Position numbers and translations under genes: made by a program. Shown one piece after another: positions 38,187-52,300 of a stretch of 64,000 nt of DNA. Every line of letters begins with the position of its first letter. Position 1 is the stretch's first letter. A model generated the notes under the pieces. That model had not been told where the DNA came from and made no database searches. It was given only the letters and a program-made list of their open reading frames with translations. Origin of the DNA: Adineta vaga (lineage: Eukaryota > Animalia > Rotifera); contig CP075492.1 of assembly GCA_021613535.1 (NCBI GenBank), positions 19,034,001 to 19,098,000 on the forward strand, read 5' to 3'.

Positions 38187-39201
38187 GTTCCACATGGATA
38201 TTATAGATAACTTGATATATTTATGTGCTGCATGAAAGAATAAAGCGAGGCTATATGATTGGTGCAAAAGTATGGTTCTTGTTTTAATTTGACGGCGCCA
38301 CTAGTTTTTCTAAATAAACACAAATAGATTAATAACAAATGAAAACAAAAGAAGTTTTCTAATAATCTATTGAAATAATCATAAAACTCATGTGAGTATT
38401 TCACATAGAATTATCTACATCTCAATACTGTCTTTAAATAGTTCATTCTATCATTAAACTAAGTGAGGGAATCACACTTCTCATATATTAATTTTCTCTG
38501 GGAAATGCAAGTTCTTAGTCTTTATCCTATATTTGACTGAAAGTATTGAGCTTGTCCAATAAAAATATTAAAAAATAAAAATTAGATCAACTTATTGTAG
38601 AACTAATTCAGAAATATGACAAAATTGTCAAATACAAAACATCAAATGTCGTAGATAATTTCATTATATTAAATAGATTTGAATTCGATGAAAACATAAA
38701 TAGGATTTCTTTCTACAGAGAGTGAAACATTCTTTGAAAAAGTGCATATAAGAAAATGCTTCGTATTAAAGATCGCTGATTCTTTTACAAATCCTCAAGT
38801 AAGTTTAGTTTTCTTTTGAATGTTGTTCTACATTCCGTTATTATACTCATATTGTATAAAAATTCCGAAATATTTTCTAAACAATAATTAACAACAATTT
38901 CCAAATAAAAGACTAGACGCAAGGAAAATTCAAAGAGAAAACCTTATTATTCCTCCTGAGAACATTATATACTACAATAAAAGCTTAAGAATTTGAAGAT
39001 GTGAAAACTTCAATATAAAAAGATTTTTCTTTAAAAATATCCTTCCCTATCGTTTTTAACTATCTTTAATCGTATACACCAAAGCTAACTTGAAAGTTTA
39101 TCAAATATTTACATGATAAAGTTAAAAGATGGTTTTTACATTATCTCGCAATAATGTTACAGACTTTCACACTTGCCATCTTTTTCCCGTCGGTCTCTCA
39201 T

Positions 39202-39434
39202 TTATTTTTCTAAGTCCAATAAATCCTGTTTCCTGTTCTGAATAGCATTTTCCAATTTTTCTTGTTCTGCTTTCATATCCGCAATTTCTTTTTCAAGTTT
39301 CTTCTTCCAAGTCTTCGTACTACAAAACCCAAAAGTATTATTCTCTGAAGTAACCAAATGTAAACGACACTACAAATATTTACCTTTGGATTACGTTCAT
39401 CACCATTGTTCTTATCGTTATTATTACTCGCCAT
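39202..39434 (-). pseudogene. Short degraded coiled-coil coding remnant
   Basis: MASNNNDKNNGDERNPK then GTAAAT donor; downstream KLEKEIADMKAEQEKLENAIQNRKQDLLDLEK is not in the spliced frame. Confidence 0.3.
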
Positions 39435-40424
39435 TAAAATAAGCAAAGTGTTAAATTATCTAAAAAGAAAAGACGCTACACTATATCTTTTGGATTTGTA
39501 AATTGCTGAATCTACGTCTAAAAGTATATTTTCTCTCAAGAGACAATGTTTGAAGACTCGAAATCGAATAAGTTGGACAATAACGTTCTCTTATAAAAAT
39601 TCGTTTCTGTTTTACATGTGAGAATAATGTACGCTCTTTATCTTTCGTCTTTTTGAATTCTTTCATTAAATTCTCAAGTTTTCATACCGAATTTTATCAC
39701 TTCTACAGATTAAATATCAAGAAATAGAATCATAAAAGAAATAATATTGGAATGTTAAAAAATTTGACGCTAGCGCATCCTCTGCGTGATCAAATGAGCA
39801 ATAACATCAAATAAAATATATAAAGATATATTTATAATAATGAATTCATATCCTATTATCCTATAGAGTCTATGAATTTTTCAATCAAGTTTCTGTTTAG
39901 TTTGTATTAACGGTGAACGCGATAACACATAGAAAATGTGGAAGATACAGAAAGTATTATACAGTTGAAAGCATTTTTTTCTAAAAAAAAATAGAACTCA
40001 TATAAATTTATTCAAGAAAAGCAATCGGATAAGTAGATCCAACTAAGTACGTTATAATAGTGAGGTCAATTATTAGTCATCACTCTTAAAAGTGATTTAA
40101 AATGATATGATCAAATAAACAACTTGAGTTAAGAAGGGATTACGAAAATAAACTCTGCTTTTTTAGTACGACATTGAAAATAAGGACATTAAAATATATT
40201 GATTTGACTTGAAAGTCATAATTGATGAAGTGCCAAGATATGAACACGAAGATAGTCGACAATGTGAATTTTATTTATTACACATGAAAAGTTATATTTC
40301 TAAAGTTCAAGAAAAGCAAACGGATTGACAAGATAACAGTACAGTTCCACATCATTATATATTAAACAATATGAGCGTAACAATCGTAATAGCCACGAAT
40401 AAATATACACATCAATAGTTGATA

Positions 40425-40545
40425 TGGAGTCGAATACACTAGACGAATTAAAACAGAATTAATCAATCTGATTGCTGTTGTTACGTGGAAACGCCAATCA
40501 TGTTGCTTAATTCTGTTTTAACTCGTCTAGTGTATTCGACCCCTA
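40425..40545. mobile_element. ~120 bp palindromic MITE
   Basis: GGAGTCGAATACACTAGACGAATTAAAACAGAATTAA is inverted as TTAATTCTGTTTTAACTCGTCTAGTGTATTCGACCCC. Confidence 0.7.
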
Positions 40546-40863
40546 AAAAAAGATGATTTAAGAAGTAAAACACAATCGTATTGGACGATTTAATTTTGAC
40601 TTAAATTTATTTTTCTTGTCTGTTTTCGATCTTCGGCGTATTTCACACCTATGACTATATTTTTCTACTGCTCAACTAGACGTTGACTGTTGCTTTTCAT
40701 TGTACATACGACCTCTAAATATTTTCATATTTAATGTGACCTTAGAATGACATGATGACCTGACGGAAGTTAACCTGTATCGTAATCGATGACTCTTTCC
40801 TATTCGCTATGCAAATCAACAATGTCATTTTGATCGAATTTTTCTTTCTCTGGCTAATCAGAT

Positions 40864-42544
40864 ATGAATAACTCAGTCGTTGGTATGATGAATCTTCCTG
40901 ATGAATTAATCATGAAAATTTGGAATAGTCTTACTAATATTGATGTACTTTATTCATTTATTGGTGTTAATTATAGTTTTAATCAATTGTTACACGATCA
41001 AACTTATACTCGTTCTATTGAATTAACAAAAAAGGACATGGAAAGTTCATTATTTGATTCAATTATCGATCGATTTTGTTTAGTTATTTTACCTGAAATC
41101 AATCAATATATCGAATGTTTCATACTTGAACTAATTTCAATGGAACGAATTCTTCTTGCAGCTGATTATCCTCGTCTAAATAAAATTATTTTTACACAAA
41201 TTAGTGAAGATTTTATACTTCGACATTTTACTAGTAAGATTATTTCAATTATTTAAAATAAAACCTTGTTTTTTTTTCTCCTAGACAATTCACCTTTAAT
41301 AAAGATTTTTAAAAATAATATCAAATATCTTCTTTTAACAATAAATCGGAAACAATTTCCATCATCATTAACTGCCATTGATAAAGGTAAAAACATTCTT
41401 TTACCTCTATTTCATACATTTACAAATCTTCTTGAACTTGATTTCAATGAAAATGATATTGAATATCGTCCATTCATATCTATTTCTGGTTTATCTTCTT
41501 CAATTTGTTCATCATCAACTCTAATCAATCTAAGTATTACTATCAAATTCTTCGATGATTGTTTATCTTTACTTGATGGTCGATTTCCTAATCTACAAAA
41601 ATTATCTGTTGTTATTGAAAAAATTACTAATCCATCATTATCTATTGAAAATTTAGTAAGAGAGAAAAAAAGCACAATTGAACTTATGAAATTTTAAAGA
41701 AGATATTTTGTTTTAGATAAAAAGTAAATTTTCTTTGAAATTCTTTTCTCTCGTTTCATATAATAATACAAATGAATATGAAAACTTCATATTACCTTTA
41801 ATTCAACGAATGATATGTCTCGAAGAATTAATTTTATCTTTAAATATCATTAATTTATCTAAATTAATTGATGATCATCATTTTCAAAATGAAATACTTA
41901 TTTATTTATCTGAACTTCAAATATTTCAATTTAATATAAGAACACGTTATGAACATTTCAATAATAACATTCTTTCGACATTTAATCATTGGAAATATGG
42001 TCAGGTCAATTCTTATATAAGTTCTTATCCAAATAATACTATTGAATTACATGTATTTTCAATACCTGGTTTGAAAAATGTTATTTATCGTATAAATTAT
42101 CATTTTCAAGGTAATCGTTGTGAAAATATTCGAATTTTATATCTTGTTGATCATGTTTATCCATTTGAACATGAATTTTTTCTTCGTATTTCTCATTCAT
42201 TTCCATTCATTACTCATCTTACTGTTTTAAATAATCGATTTTCAACTACTATCAATGAAAATAATTCAATTGTTAAATTTTCTCATTTAATTTCTTTAAC
42301 AATTCATTATCAACGTGTTTTTTATTTGGAACAATTCTTAAATTCTACAAAAACACACTTACCAAATCTTCTTGATTTGACTATTTCATTTAAAAATTTA
42401 TTAATCGTTTCAGAAAATTTCCAACGTGATATAACTCGTCCGAATTGTTCAAAAGTAGAAACTTTAGCATTTACAATACGTTCAGATGCTGAGTATTCAC
42501 ATGAACTCTATTCATATTTTCCATCTTTGGAAAAACTTTTCTGA
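40864..42544 (+). CDS. F-box domain + LRR-like protein (family expanded in bdelloids)
   Basis: Exons 40864-41233, 41285-41655, 41717-42544 are in frame. Motifs MNLPDELIMKIWNSL..DVLYSFIGVN, FDDCLSLLDGRFPNL, PFEHEFFLRISHSFP. Confidence 0.85.
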
Positions 42545-42855
42545 TTGATGATGTTTTTTCTTGAAATTCTATGTGATAAAGTTCATTTCTCTCTTTTTGT
42601 ATACACTTGTTACAATTCTACACGAACATTAATAAAAATTAAATAGCACAAATATTCTTAGATTGATTGATAAAGTTTTTTTTCTTTTTTTTAGTTATGT
42701 ATTTGGTGAAACAGGATTAAGTTCAATTCAATGTTTTCTTTTGAAGAATTTCGATAAAAGATTCTCACGAAACATTTTTTAATTAGGGAAATATATTTAA
42801 AGCAGTTCCATTCAATTGATAAACTAATTGAGATAATAAACTATAGTGAGAAATG

Positions 42856-42907
42856 TTGAGGGTGTGGGTGGGTGACTATCATCCACACCCACACCCACCC
42901 ACACCCT
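42856..42907. repeat. Telomere-like hairpin element
   Basis: TTGAGGGTGTGGGTGGGTG-ACTAT-CATCCACACCCACACCCACCCACACCCT. Confidence 0.85.
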
Positions 42908-43396
42908 TTTTGCAAGGATATAGAATTAAATAATATATACCATTCGATTCAGCATCAAAAAAGCTACAAACGTATGCACAGACTTTTTTCTTTACTTTTG
43001 TTTTGTTTTTAAAAAAGAATATTTTTCTTCAAATATTCACCCCATAAAAAGCTATTTTTCTATATATTATCAAATTATTTGTTTAAATCTCATTCATATA
43101 TATACATATATATTTCCAATTATCTATTGCAATCAAACTAAAGTTTATCTAACATAATTCTAATATTCTGAACGCTTTTCCGTTATATAATTTTGCTCTT
43201 AGGGAGGGATTTTCGATTTTTTTCTACAAAGCAGCACATAAGAGCTGATCTTTTATTGAATATATCGTCTGATTTGAAGTAAAAACTATGTTTGCTGTTC
43301 ATGAAATACAATTTATTCAGTTTATTAACAATTCTGACGTCGTATTTCTGAATAAGAACAAAGAAGAAAAAACGAAATGAAGATTATTAATCAATT

Positions 43397-43790
43397 TTAA
43401 TTTGTATGAATTTTGTCATTTCCAATTTTTCTATGAGAAATAACTTCTTCTTTACACAAGTTACTGAAGAACAATTTCAGTACATCACCAAATGATTGTC
43501 CATTGTTGTACGCTTCATAAGCGTTCCAAAAACGGCGAAAGAGTTTTTTTATATATTTCAATATCAATAAAATGTTTTCGTGATTGGTCGATCAATGATA
43601 CCATGGTATTATATTGTTGATCGTTCCGTTGTCGCACGGATCTTTTCATATTACACCACATTCCCTCGATGGGATGTAACTCGCAGTGAAATTTCGGACA
43701 ATGTACAATATTTATATTGAATTTTTTAGCCAAGATTTTCAGTTTTGTTCTCTAGACCAAAAGAAAGGAATTTGTATTGCAAAAAAAAGG
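43397..43790 (-). mobile_element. C-terminal fragment of a Tc1/IS630-like (DDE_3-type) transposase
   Basis: IVHCPKFHCELHPIEGMWCNMKRSVR matches the PKFHCELNPIE motif. After a frameshift it continues KLFRRFWNAYEAYNNG..HRKI..*. 5'-truncated next to the hairpin at 43798. Confidence 0.75.
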
Positions 43791-43797
43791 ACACTCT

Positions 43798-43856
43798 TCT
43801 TGAGGATGTGGGTGTGGGTGAGGAGAGGTAACTATCATCCACACCCACCCTCAAGA
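43798..43856. repeat. Telomere-like hairpin element (clearest copy)
   Basis: TCTTGAGGATGTGGGTGTGGGTGAG-GAGAGGTAACTAT-CATCCACACCCACCCTCAAGA. Confidence 0.9.
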
Positions 43857-44115
43857 TATTTATATGATGAAAAATATCTTTTTATTTATTAAATTAATTA
43901 ATTAGATTTCTTTCATAAAGTTCACTTTTATTCATTTTGATCATAGAATTACAATTCATTTTTTATTTTGTCTCTTCACAAACATTTATTTTCCATTTTT
44001 CATCAAATAATTTAACAAATTCTTCACAGATATAATTCAGAGTTTTCATTTGTTAAAGAAAATGCAACAAACCTTCTCCGTTTGAAAAAATTTCGTTTTA
44101 TTGAATAAAAGATTT

Positions 44116-47100
44116 CTAATTATAATCAACGTTAAATTTCTGAATTCGATTATTACCATAATCCGCAACATAAAGATTTCCTTCAACATCAAATGATAAA
44201 TCCATGGGAAAATACAATTTATTTGGTTCATCTCCAAATACACTTTCACCAACAATAATTTCACCTTCTTTACACCCTTCGCACCAACGAATCACTCGAT
44301 GATTCTCAGAGTCTACGATAAAGACTTCACTCAAGTCATTAACAATTACTCCTTGAGGACTAAACAATTGATTGGCATCATTTCCCTTACCATTTCCGCC
44401 GGCAACAATAATTCCTTCTTTCGCATCTTTTCTCCATTTCATCACACGATGATTATTCGAATCCGATGCATAAATTGAATAATTTTCATCAACATAGATA
44501 TAAGTAAGACCATCGAACTGACTAAGCGAATCCCCTTTCCCATTTCCACCAGCGACAATAGTTCCTTGTATTTCTCCTTTTTTCCATCGGGTCACTGTAT
44601 TCGTCTCCCTATCAGAAACATAGAGTGATCCATCTTTACCTATTGCCAAACCATAAGCAGCAATAGCCGAAACAATAATTTGCTTATCTTTTGGATTTTG
44701 AACTGAAATTCGAACTATTCGTCTGTTCGAATAATCAGCGATAATCAAAGAACTGTTTGGTCTATCCATAACTACATCTGTTGGATTCCACAACTGATCA
44801 ATTCGATCTCCTTGTCCATGTCCACCGACAATGGTTTGTTCTTTGTTTTTATCAGGTCTCCATTGAGTAATACGATGATAGACACCATCAGTAATATAAA
44901 TGGTTCCATCAGTATCTACAAAGATCCCTTGAGGACGATAAAGCGGATTTAAGTGGTTTCCTGTTCCATACCAACCAACAACAGTGAATCCATGTTGTTT
45001 CCATTTAACTGGAACTAAAATTGAAAGAAACTTGCCTTGAAATAAAGTTAGTGAAAATATCTTGTATCTGAAATTATTTCTCGATGGATGTCACTGTAAA
45101 AATGAATAAAAATATAAGAGATGCACGCGTAACTATGTGGATGACTGTATAATGTAGATGTGAGACTATACGCATCATTTTCAACATCATAGATATTTAC
45201 ACTGGCGCCGAATAATTCATTTTTTCACTTTTATGTAAGTACTTAGGGTGGTCCAAATGTTCTAGCCACGGAGTTTTAAATATTTAGTATCTAGCAAGAG
45301 TGTTGATAAAGTCAAGTAAGCATATCATAAGAACGATTTATTTCTTGTTTTATTCTATTTAATGTTCGAAATAATCATTACTATTATGTATACAAAGTTC
45401 CGTCCTTTCTAGCAATTTGTTGAAAGTCTTCTTAACCCTTTCGGGACGGGAAACCACTATAGTGGCTTCTGGTAATTTTTATACAGAGAGATATATTATT
45501 CATTGATGATCGAAAGTAGCTGCATATGCGTTAGAGTATCTCATTGTAGTGATATGTATATGTATATCTAATGATATATATGTGATCATTCTTCATTTTC
45601 TTTTGTTTCTGCCTTGTCTAAGCTTATCACATTGGATCATTCTGATTTATTTTTCTGCACACGCATATGAGCATGGTTTGAATGAGAGGAGAGTTTTAGA
45701 TGGTGTCATCAGTTGTGCATCTTCGTTTATTTTCCATTAGTAATCAATGGGGGACTATGACAGTGTATTGACTGTAGCACGGTAGTCAAACGACAAAAAA
45801 ACGATTTCGCACCAGATATGAATGTGCAGATTGCGGTGTCGGTTTATGCGTCGCAAATTGTTTTCGAGAATATCATACCTGGAAAGCGTATTGATAAACT
45901 TTGATGAAAAATAAAAACAGTCGATTCCTAAAATCTTATTTTTCTACTTCTTTTTTTCCAAGAAATAATCCCGTCCTGAAAGGGTTAAACTCTTCTTCTG
46001 TTAAATAATCAATCTCATTTCGGTGTCTGTCAGGTAGACAATTGTCATTAAGTGATTTAATACATTTTAACCGTGATGATTTTTCTTGTTTTCTTATTTC
46101 ATTGAAAACAAGCTTCAGTTTTCAATGTAATAGTTGTGATCAATGGTTTTGCCTTCGTCTATTTTATGTATAAGAACATAGCCCGTTATTTTAAAGAATA
46201 AAGAAAATAATGTTTTGGGTTCAAATCGATTGCGACGAACAATCGTCCTCCACGGATCATTTTTACCAATCCAGATAGCACTACTTGACTTCCGACCAAT
46301 CTGACGATGGTAAATCCATCTCTCATCACCAGTCAAAATATCGCATAATCGCCATGTTCCAGTTCGGAATTATTCCCTCGACTGAAAGGAGGGTCATAAG
46401 ATTAGATTTGTCAGTGATCACAATAAAACTTGACCAAAGGGTTTTCGGGGTCAAGGATCACGAATATGAAGTTAGGTTTTCAAAATTTTTCTCGGGATCT
46501 TTATTTTCAGGAATCAAACTCAGTTTTGCAACAACTAACGTGTCTTATAAGGGTTGACCGAACGGTACTGTAGGGGTTGAGGATTTCGAATCTGGTGTTA
46601 GTTTTTACAAATTGTATGCATGACAAGGTCAGTAGAAGCATACTGCATAATTTCCACGTGAAAAAGCTAAGCTAGGGGTGCAACAAATCCTAGTGAAAAT
46701 TTGGATTTGGGTTTGTTGCACCCCTACAGCTGAGCGTTCCGCCGACGAGTGTTATTTATTCTAAATTCTGGCGACAAATTCTAAGTCGTTCTTGCTTCTG
46801 TTTGTTATTGAATGGGTGGACAACTGAGTATGATACGACCTTTCTCATCCTCAGACAATCATGAATAATTTGGTGTATCGTACCATGTGCGAGAGAAGTC
46901 TCAACTATAATATCATCATAAGTTGAATCCGGATCTTTCTCAATAACTTGATGAACACGTTCAATATTTTCATCTGTAACCACTGAAATCGGACGACCAG
47001 ATCGAGGATCATCATTGATATCTTCTCTCCCTTCATAGATTGTTTTCTGCATCATTTTCCAAAATAGTGCGAACTTTAATATAGTATCGATCAAATTCAT

Positions 47101-48615
47101 TAGTCATGTTTGACAAGCTTTTCTTAAAACTAATAAAGTGACGAAGGATGATCTTCGCCCTATATATACTATCGAGATCTGATGTTCTAGAACATGACGT
47201 TATAAAATGGCACATGAGAGAGAAATAAAAAAAGTGGAAAGTTCCAGAGTATACTCAAACGTTAGACAAGGGACAGTGAAATATCCTTGTAGTCATTGTA
47301 GTACAGCGCTTATCTAAAAGAATGTCAGAATTAAATCCAAGATAGACGAGACATTTTACTATGTATTCATGCAATAAAACTTTCAAAGCTGAGTATTTTA
47401 ATGAATTTAACATTCTGTAGCTAGAACTTCTAGACCACTCTAAGTAAGAAGATAAGAATTCCTTGTTCTTACAATATACTGATGCAAAAATCGACGAGAT
47501 ATGACTTTTCGACATTTTTCTTACTGATATTCTCATTATCGACGTTTCCAACGAAACTTGGCTCGAATCAATAGAAGAAATTTCTCTCAAACATTCTGAG
47601 ATTTACTATCATCCAATCAAAAGCGTGAAGCATTGAGATACTACTGACCGTGTTGTGCTGTTGTTGAGTTTGTTGTGGTAGTGTCTATCGTGAATGTTGT
47701 CATTTCCCCATCTAAAAAAGTTAGACATTCATCATTCGTTGTTCATACAAGAGTGTTTTTGAGTGCTTGCAAGGACTGACGACACAATTGCCATGTCTCA
47801 TGAGCGACAAACATCGGGTGTGGGTCTGAGTAAAGAAGAAACTCACACTTACATCCACATCGGTGGCATCACCCTCAATGTGGTAACAAAGTAACTATCT
47901 ACTAAGACGACAATGTGACTATGAAACGCGATGGATAATCTTGGAGTATTAGTATGAGACTCATGATGATAGTGCTATCAGCCGTTGCAACTAGTACTAT
48001 TTTTCGTTTTCTCTTTCACTATCGCAACGGACAAGAAACGTTTTTATGAACTAGTTTGAAGTCGAAGCTTAATCATAATTACGCTTCGCGCTTGTCTCGA
48101 AAAATATAGTTCCTTTCATCCAACATTCCGATAATTGAGATGACGTATCGTACCTCTCGTGAGTGTTTGATTAACAATGAAATAGCAATTCTGAAGCTTA
48201 AAGTCAAGCATAGTTCACAGTCAAAATAAGATGTTTCTCTGTCGATGTTTTCGTTTTAGCCAAATATTTGTTAAATATAATAAGGGACACGATACATATT
48301 ACTACTAGATTTTTTTGGTAGCATTTGGTTGTTTTGATTTTCATTATCATATTCTGTAGGTAGTCCAAAAAGTCAGTTAGGTTTAAAAAAAATCTGAATA
48401 ATGTTTCCGATCAGAACGGGAAAATTGTCTTCAACTTTTTTTCGTCAGGAGAAAACTGTACCTGTTAAAATTGTTACTGCTTCTTTCGTTTTTATTCCCC
48501 AATAATACTTTAGAGAAAGAATTGCTAGAGCGCCAGCAGTTATAACACCAATTATCACAATAAATATAGTGCAGCATAATTTTCTTCTAACTGGCGAACT
48601 CCTTAAGAATGCCAT
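44116..48615 (-). CDS. Type II membrane protein with Thr stalk and NHL-repeat beta-propeller
   Basis: Proposed exons 48615-48462 (CCTIFIVIIGVITAGALAILSL), 47711-47649 (T-rich) and 45014-44116, all joined in phase 1. NHL repeats IVAGGNGKG..QLFSPQGV and LYVADYGNNRIQKF. The NHL exon is clear; the link to upstream exons crosses a 2.6 kb TE-filled intron and is inferred. Confidence 0.75.
45436..45984 (+). mobile_element. 549 bp non-autonomous piggyBac element
   Basis: TTAA on both sides (45432-45435, 45985-45988). 15-bp TIRs CCCTTTC(G/A)GGACGGG. Residual Cys-rich C-terminal peptide RTRYECADCGVGLCVANCFREYH at 45808-45894. Confidence 0.92.
46376..46755. mobile_element. ~380 bp unclassified insertion in the mariner ORF
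   Basis: Interrupts CRQNLE/FRTGTW and is flanked by TTATTC at 46370-46375 and 46756-46761. Terminal inverted similarity is weak. Confidence 0.55.
47815..47878. repeat. Telomere-like hairpin element (degenerate; inside the proposed NHL intron)
   Basis: CGGGTGTGGGTCTGAGT...ACTCACACTTACATCCACATC...CACCCTCAA. Confidence 0.6.
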
Positions 48616-48793
48616 TTTTTATACTTGTAGTACAGAATAAAGTTTACATACACTGTTATCATTGTAGAAGCGTGTCCTTCTCTTGTGCTGATGGCTGTCT
48701 CGTCATTCTAAAATTACATCGTGAAAAAAAGCATCATTTATTTATACCTTTACCTATAAGAAAATGATCGACATACCATATGATTCTTATTCG

Positions 48794-48855
48794 ATGGGTG
48801 TGGGTGTGGGTGTAGACGTAAATGTCTTAATTATAACTTACACACATCCTCAAGA
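48794..48855. repeat. Telomere-like hairpin element between two divergent genes
   Basis: ATGGGTGTGGGTGTGGGTGTAG...CTTACACACATCCTCAAGA. Confidence 0.8.
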
Positions 48856-49310
48856 TATTTATTATTTCATTCTGATTAACTTTTCACTGTATGATCACTA
48901 TCAAAACGAACAATGAATTAGACTATAATTTTCTACACTCGCATGAGTTTTCTAATGTAGCAAACACAGTAATATGATCTCAGATAAATAAAACAATAAA
49001 AAAATTAGTTCAAGTTATAGAACTTGCTTGCAACAACATGAGAACAGATGTGAGTAGTCGTTCAATATAAATACAGAATATGGTAGAAAAATTGCATGAC
49101 TTTCCCATAATTTAGTTGCCGGAAGGAACTGTTTGGATCAACATCTCTTGTTATTCTTGATAATAGCGCAATGAAAAAACATACTTGTTTTGAAGGAAAT
49201 GCACTTTCCTGAAAAGGAAAAAACCTTGCCGTATAAAGTGTTTTTTTCACCGAATGTGTTCAGAAGAATAACGTTCTCTTCAATTCTAAAATCGAAGATC
49301 CTACGTAATC

Positions 49311-52300
49311 ATGTCCAACTTTTGTCGTCAGATGTCTTTTTTTAAAAACTATCTTTACAATCTCAATCTTTTCGAATCATCATCTGATACGAACGATAGA
49401 CAAGATGAACAACAGCAGCAACAACAACAACGACGTCGCTTCAATACCACTGCTACTCGCGTTTATATAGTTGTTCTTACATTTCTTCTTATTTACCTCG
49501 GTTTTTTCATATGGTCAGATTTGGAAATAATCAATGTTATACAACATTATCCAAATGAACAACAAGTAGATGATCTCCCGAATGATGCAGTTTGTCCCTG
49601 TTCTCGTATTTCACTATCGTATGGTGAGTTTATCTCACTGGAACCAATTTTACATCAAGTATGTTCGAGTCATTTTGTGTCTGATCGTTGGATTGAAGCT
49701 ATCTTCTCCGGCTCGAATTTCACATATTTTAATTTGAAAGATTTTCGCAATTTTGGAAGCGCACAATTTCAAGCATTAGCCGGTTTATGTAATCTCTCAT
49801 ATTCTAATCTAAAACAAAGTATTGATTCATTTAAACAAAGCACGTTTATCAATTCAAAAATGTTACCAGAGACAACTTTTCAAAAAGAAATTCAATCAGC
49901 GATAGATCGATTTCAACAGATCGTACCTCGAGCATTTGGAACTCAATTGGAACTGATACGTCAAGTAACAACTAGCAATCGACTTGTATCTGGTCTTCAA
50001 ACTAACTATATTATAACGTACTTTTCCACTTTTAATCAGATAACTGCCGCTACGTACGATAATTCCGATAAAACATCTTGTAATTGTCTTTTAAATGATC
50101 AATGTGCTTCAGATGCCGTCTTTAACAGCATATTTGGAGCCCCAACACGGTATCATTCTAGTAGCATCAAACCACTACTTGGAATATCGTCAGGTTGTCT
50201 GCCGGTGAATTCAATTCTTTCATCAACACTGGCATGCTTCTACGATCAGATGTGTGTGGATAATCTTATCTCATTTTTTCCTACTAATGAACGATTTTCA
50301 GCCATGACAGACGACAAGAAAAGTCGCTTTGGTCCATATGCAACCGTACAATCAATCGTCGATAAACTGATGGTAGAAGATTGGATTATTGATATATCTT
50401 ATCAAAAATATTCTGAGAGTTGTGCACCTCTTTCATGCACTTATTCACATGAGAAGCGACATAGTGTAGCACATGTACTGATACAACTCATTGGTTTACT
50501 CAGTGGCTTGATACTAGTACTCAGACTAGTGATTCCTGGTATTGTTCGATTTATAATTGATAAATTAAATAATATACAATATCCAAAAGTTCCCTGTAAG
50601 TAACTTTTTTAATCCATGATAACTATGTTCTTTCATGTTCACTTGTATGATTTCAATTACTAGTCCGTATCCGTCTGCGCCAGATCAAAGCAAATGGGAA
50701 AAAACTTATCATTGAACTGAATACATTTGAGCATTTTCCTTGCAATGATCGACAAATTCGATATCAACGTTATGCTACCCGATTGCGTATATTCTTGATC
50801 GTTATTTCGATAACAATCATAGCTGGATACAATCTGATGATCAAATCAGTTCATCATCGTATTGTTACTAATTCAACCGAATTAGAATATCTTAATCTTG
50901 AAAAAACCTATACAACTGGTCTCAACTGTTCATGTACTTCTATATCTATACCATACGTCTCCTTTATGACTATCCAACCTCACGAACATCAGATATGTTC
51001 AAGTTATTTAATTACTCCACAATGGATTGATTACAGTAATTCTGAGAGCGGTATTGATGTGTACATTCTTGACTATCGATATCAGGCGAGTAATCAATTT
51101 CAGACATTAGCAATGCTTTGTGAACAGGCTCGAACTACAATCAATGATTCACTTAATGCCTTTCTTCAATCACAAGTTGTTAATTCACAAATAATTCGTC
51201 GAGAAATATTTCAAACGAAAATGATCCAACTCATCAAAAGTTGGAAAGCGGCCACTATTAGTCAGTTTAGACAAAGAATAGAACTTATACGAATCACCAC
51301 GTATGCAAATCAATTGATGAATCGTATGAATATTTACTTTCAATCCAATTATTCTGGAGGAAAAATAATTACCGAACCTAGACTTTATGGCGACTGTAAT
51401 TGTGCTTTCAATCGAACATGTCATGAGTCCATGAAAATACATGATGCTAGCGCAATCGATTATACGACGGTACTCTTTACGGTTCCTAATTTTTTTGTAG
51501 GCTGTTATCCCATCGAAGCATTATTCTTATCAACATTGGAATGTTTCTATAATCAATCGTGTATGAAAAGTCTTCATTCAAATTTTCATTCATCTCTCGA
51601 TGAATCATGGAGTTTTCCAGCACTCAATTCAAATTTGAGTTCATCTAACGAAATAATTGAAACAATGGTTAATCAACTGATGGTTGTTGAGTGGTTAGAG
51701 AATGTCAATTTTAGTTCTTATTATAGAAAATGTGCTCCACGTTCATGCATCATTGAATATAACGCTCGTTATAGCCCTATGAAGATTATTAACATTGTTA
51801 TTGGTATTCTTGGTGGATTATCCCTTGGTTTACAGATGCTCATTTGGCTTGCACTTCGAATTTTCGAAAAATCGATCGAAGGATTCTCTTTCCGAGCGTC
51901 TTTACAATCCTTGAAAGAGCTTTTTGACTTCAACGATGAAGACAAGTTAACGCATCGATTACAGATCATTTTAGTTATAATGATGCTTTATGCTTTTTAT
52001 GTGCATCATGCGTTTCGTTCTGAATTAATCACAAAAGAAATAAAGAAACCATCACGAGCCGTCTATGAAGATTTGATTAGACAGTATCCTGATTCTCTGC
52101 ATTGTTCTTGCTCAGAAATAACCATTCAATATCGTTCTTTTCTTAACGTAACTGCTAGTTTCCATCCAATATGCTCAAGAGATTTCGTTTCAGAAGCATG
52201 GAATATAGTTCACAGTAATCCGCTTGTTTTTCTTCTCGGTATTAAAAGAAATTATGCATATGCAGGCATAGCACAATTACAAGCGATGATGTCACTTTGT

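Larger units (their letters stand above)
45359..47107 (-). mobile_element. Degraded mariner transposase with two nested insertions
   Basis: GREDINDDPRSGRP, CLRMRKV, ILTGDERWIYH, and C-terminus FKKTFNKLLERTELCIHNSNDYFEH*. Multiple stops and deletions. Confidence 0.85.
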
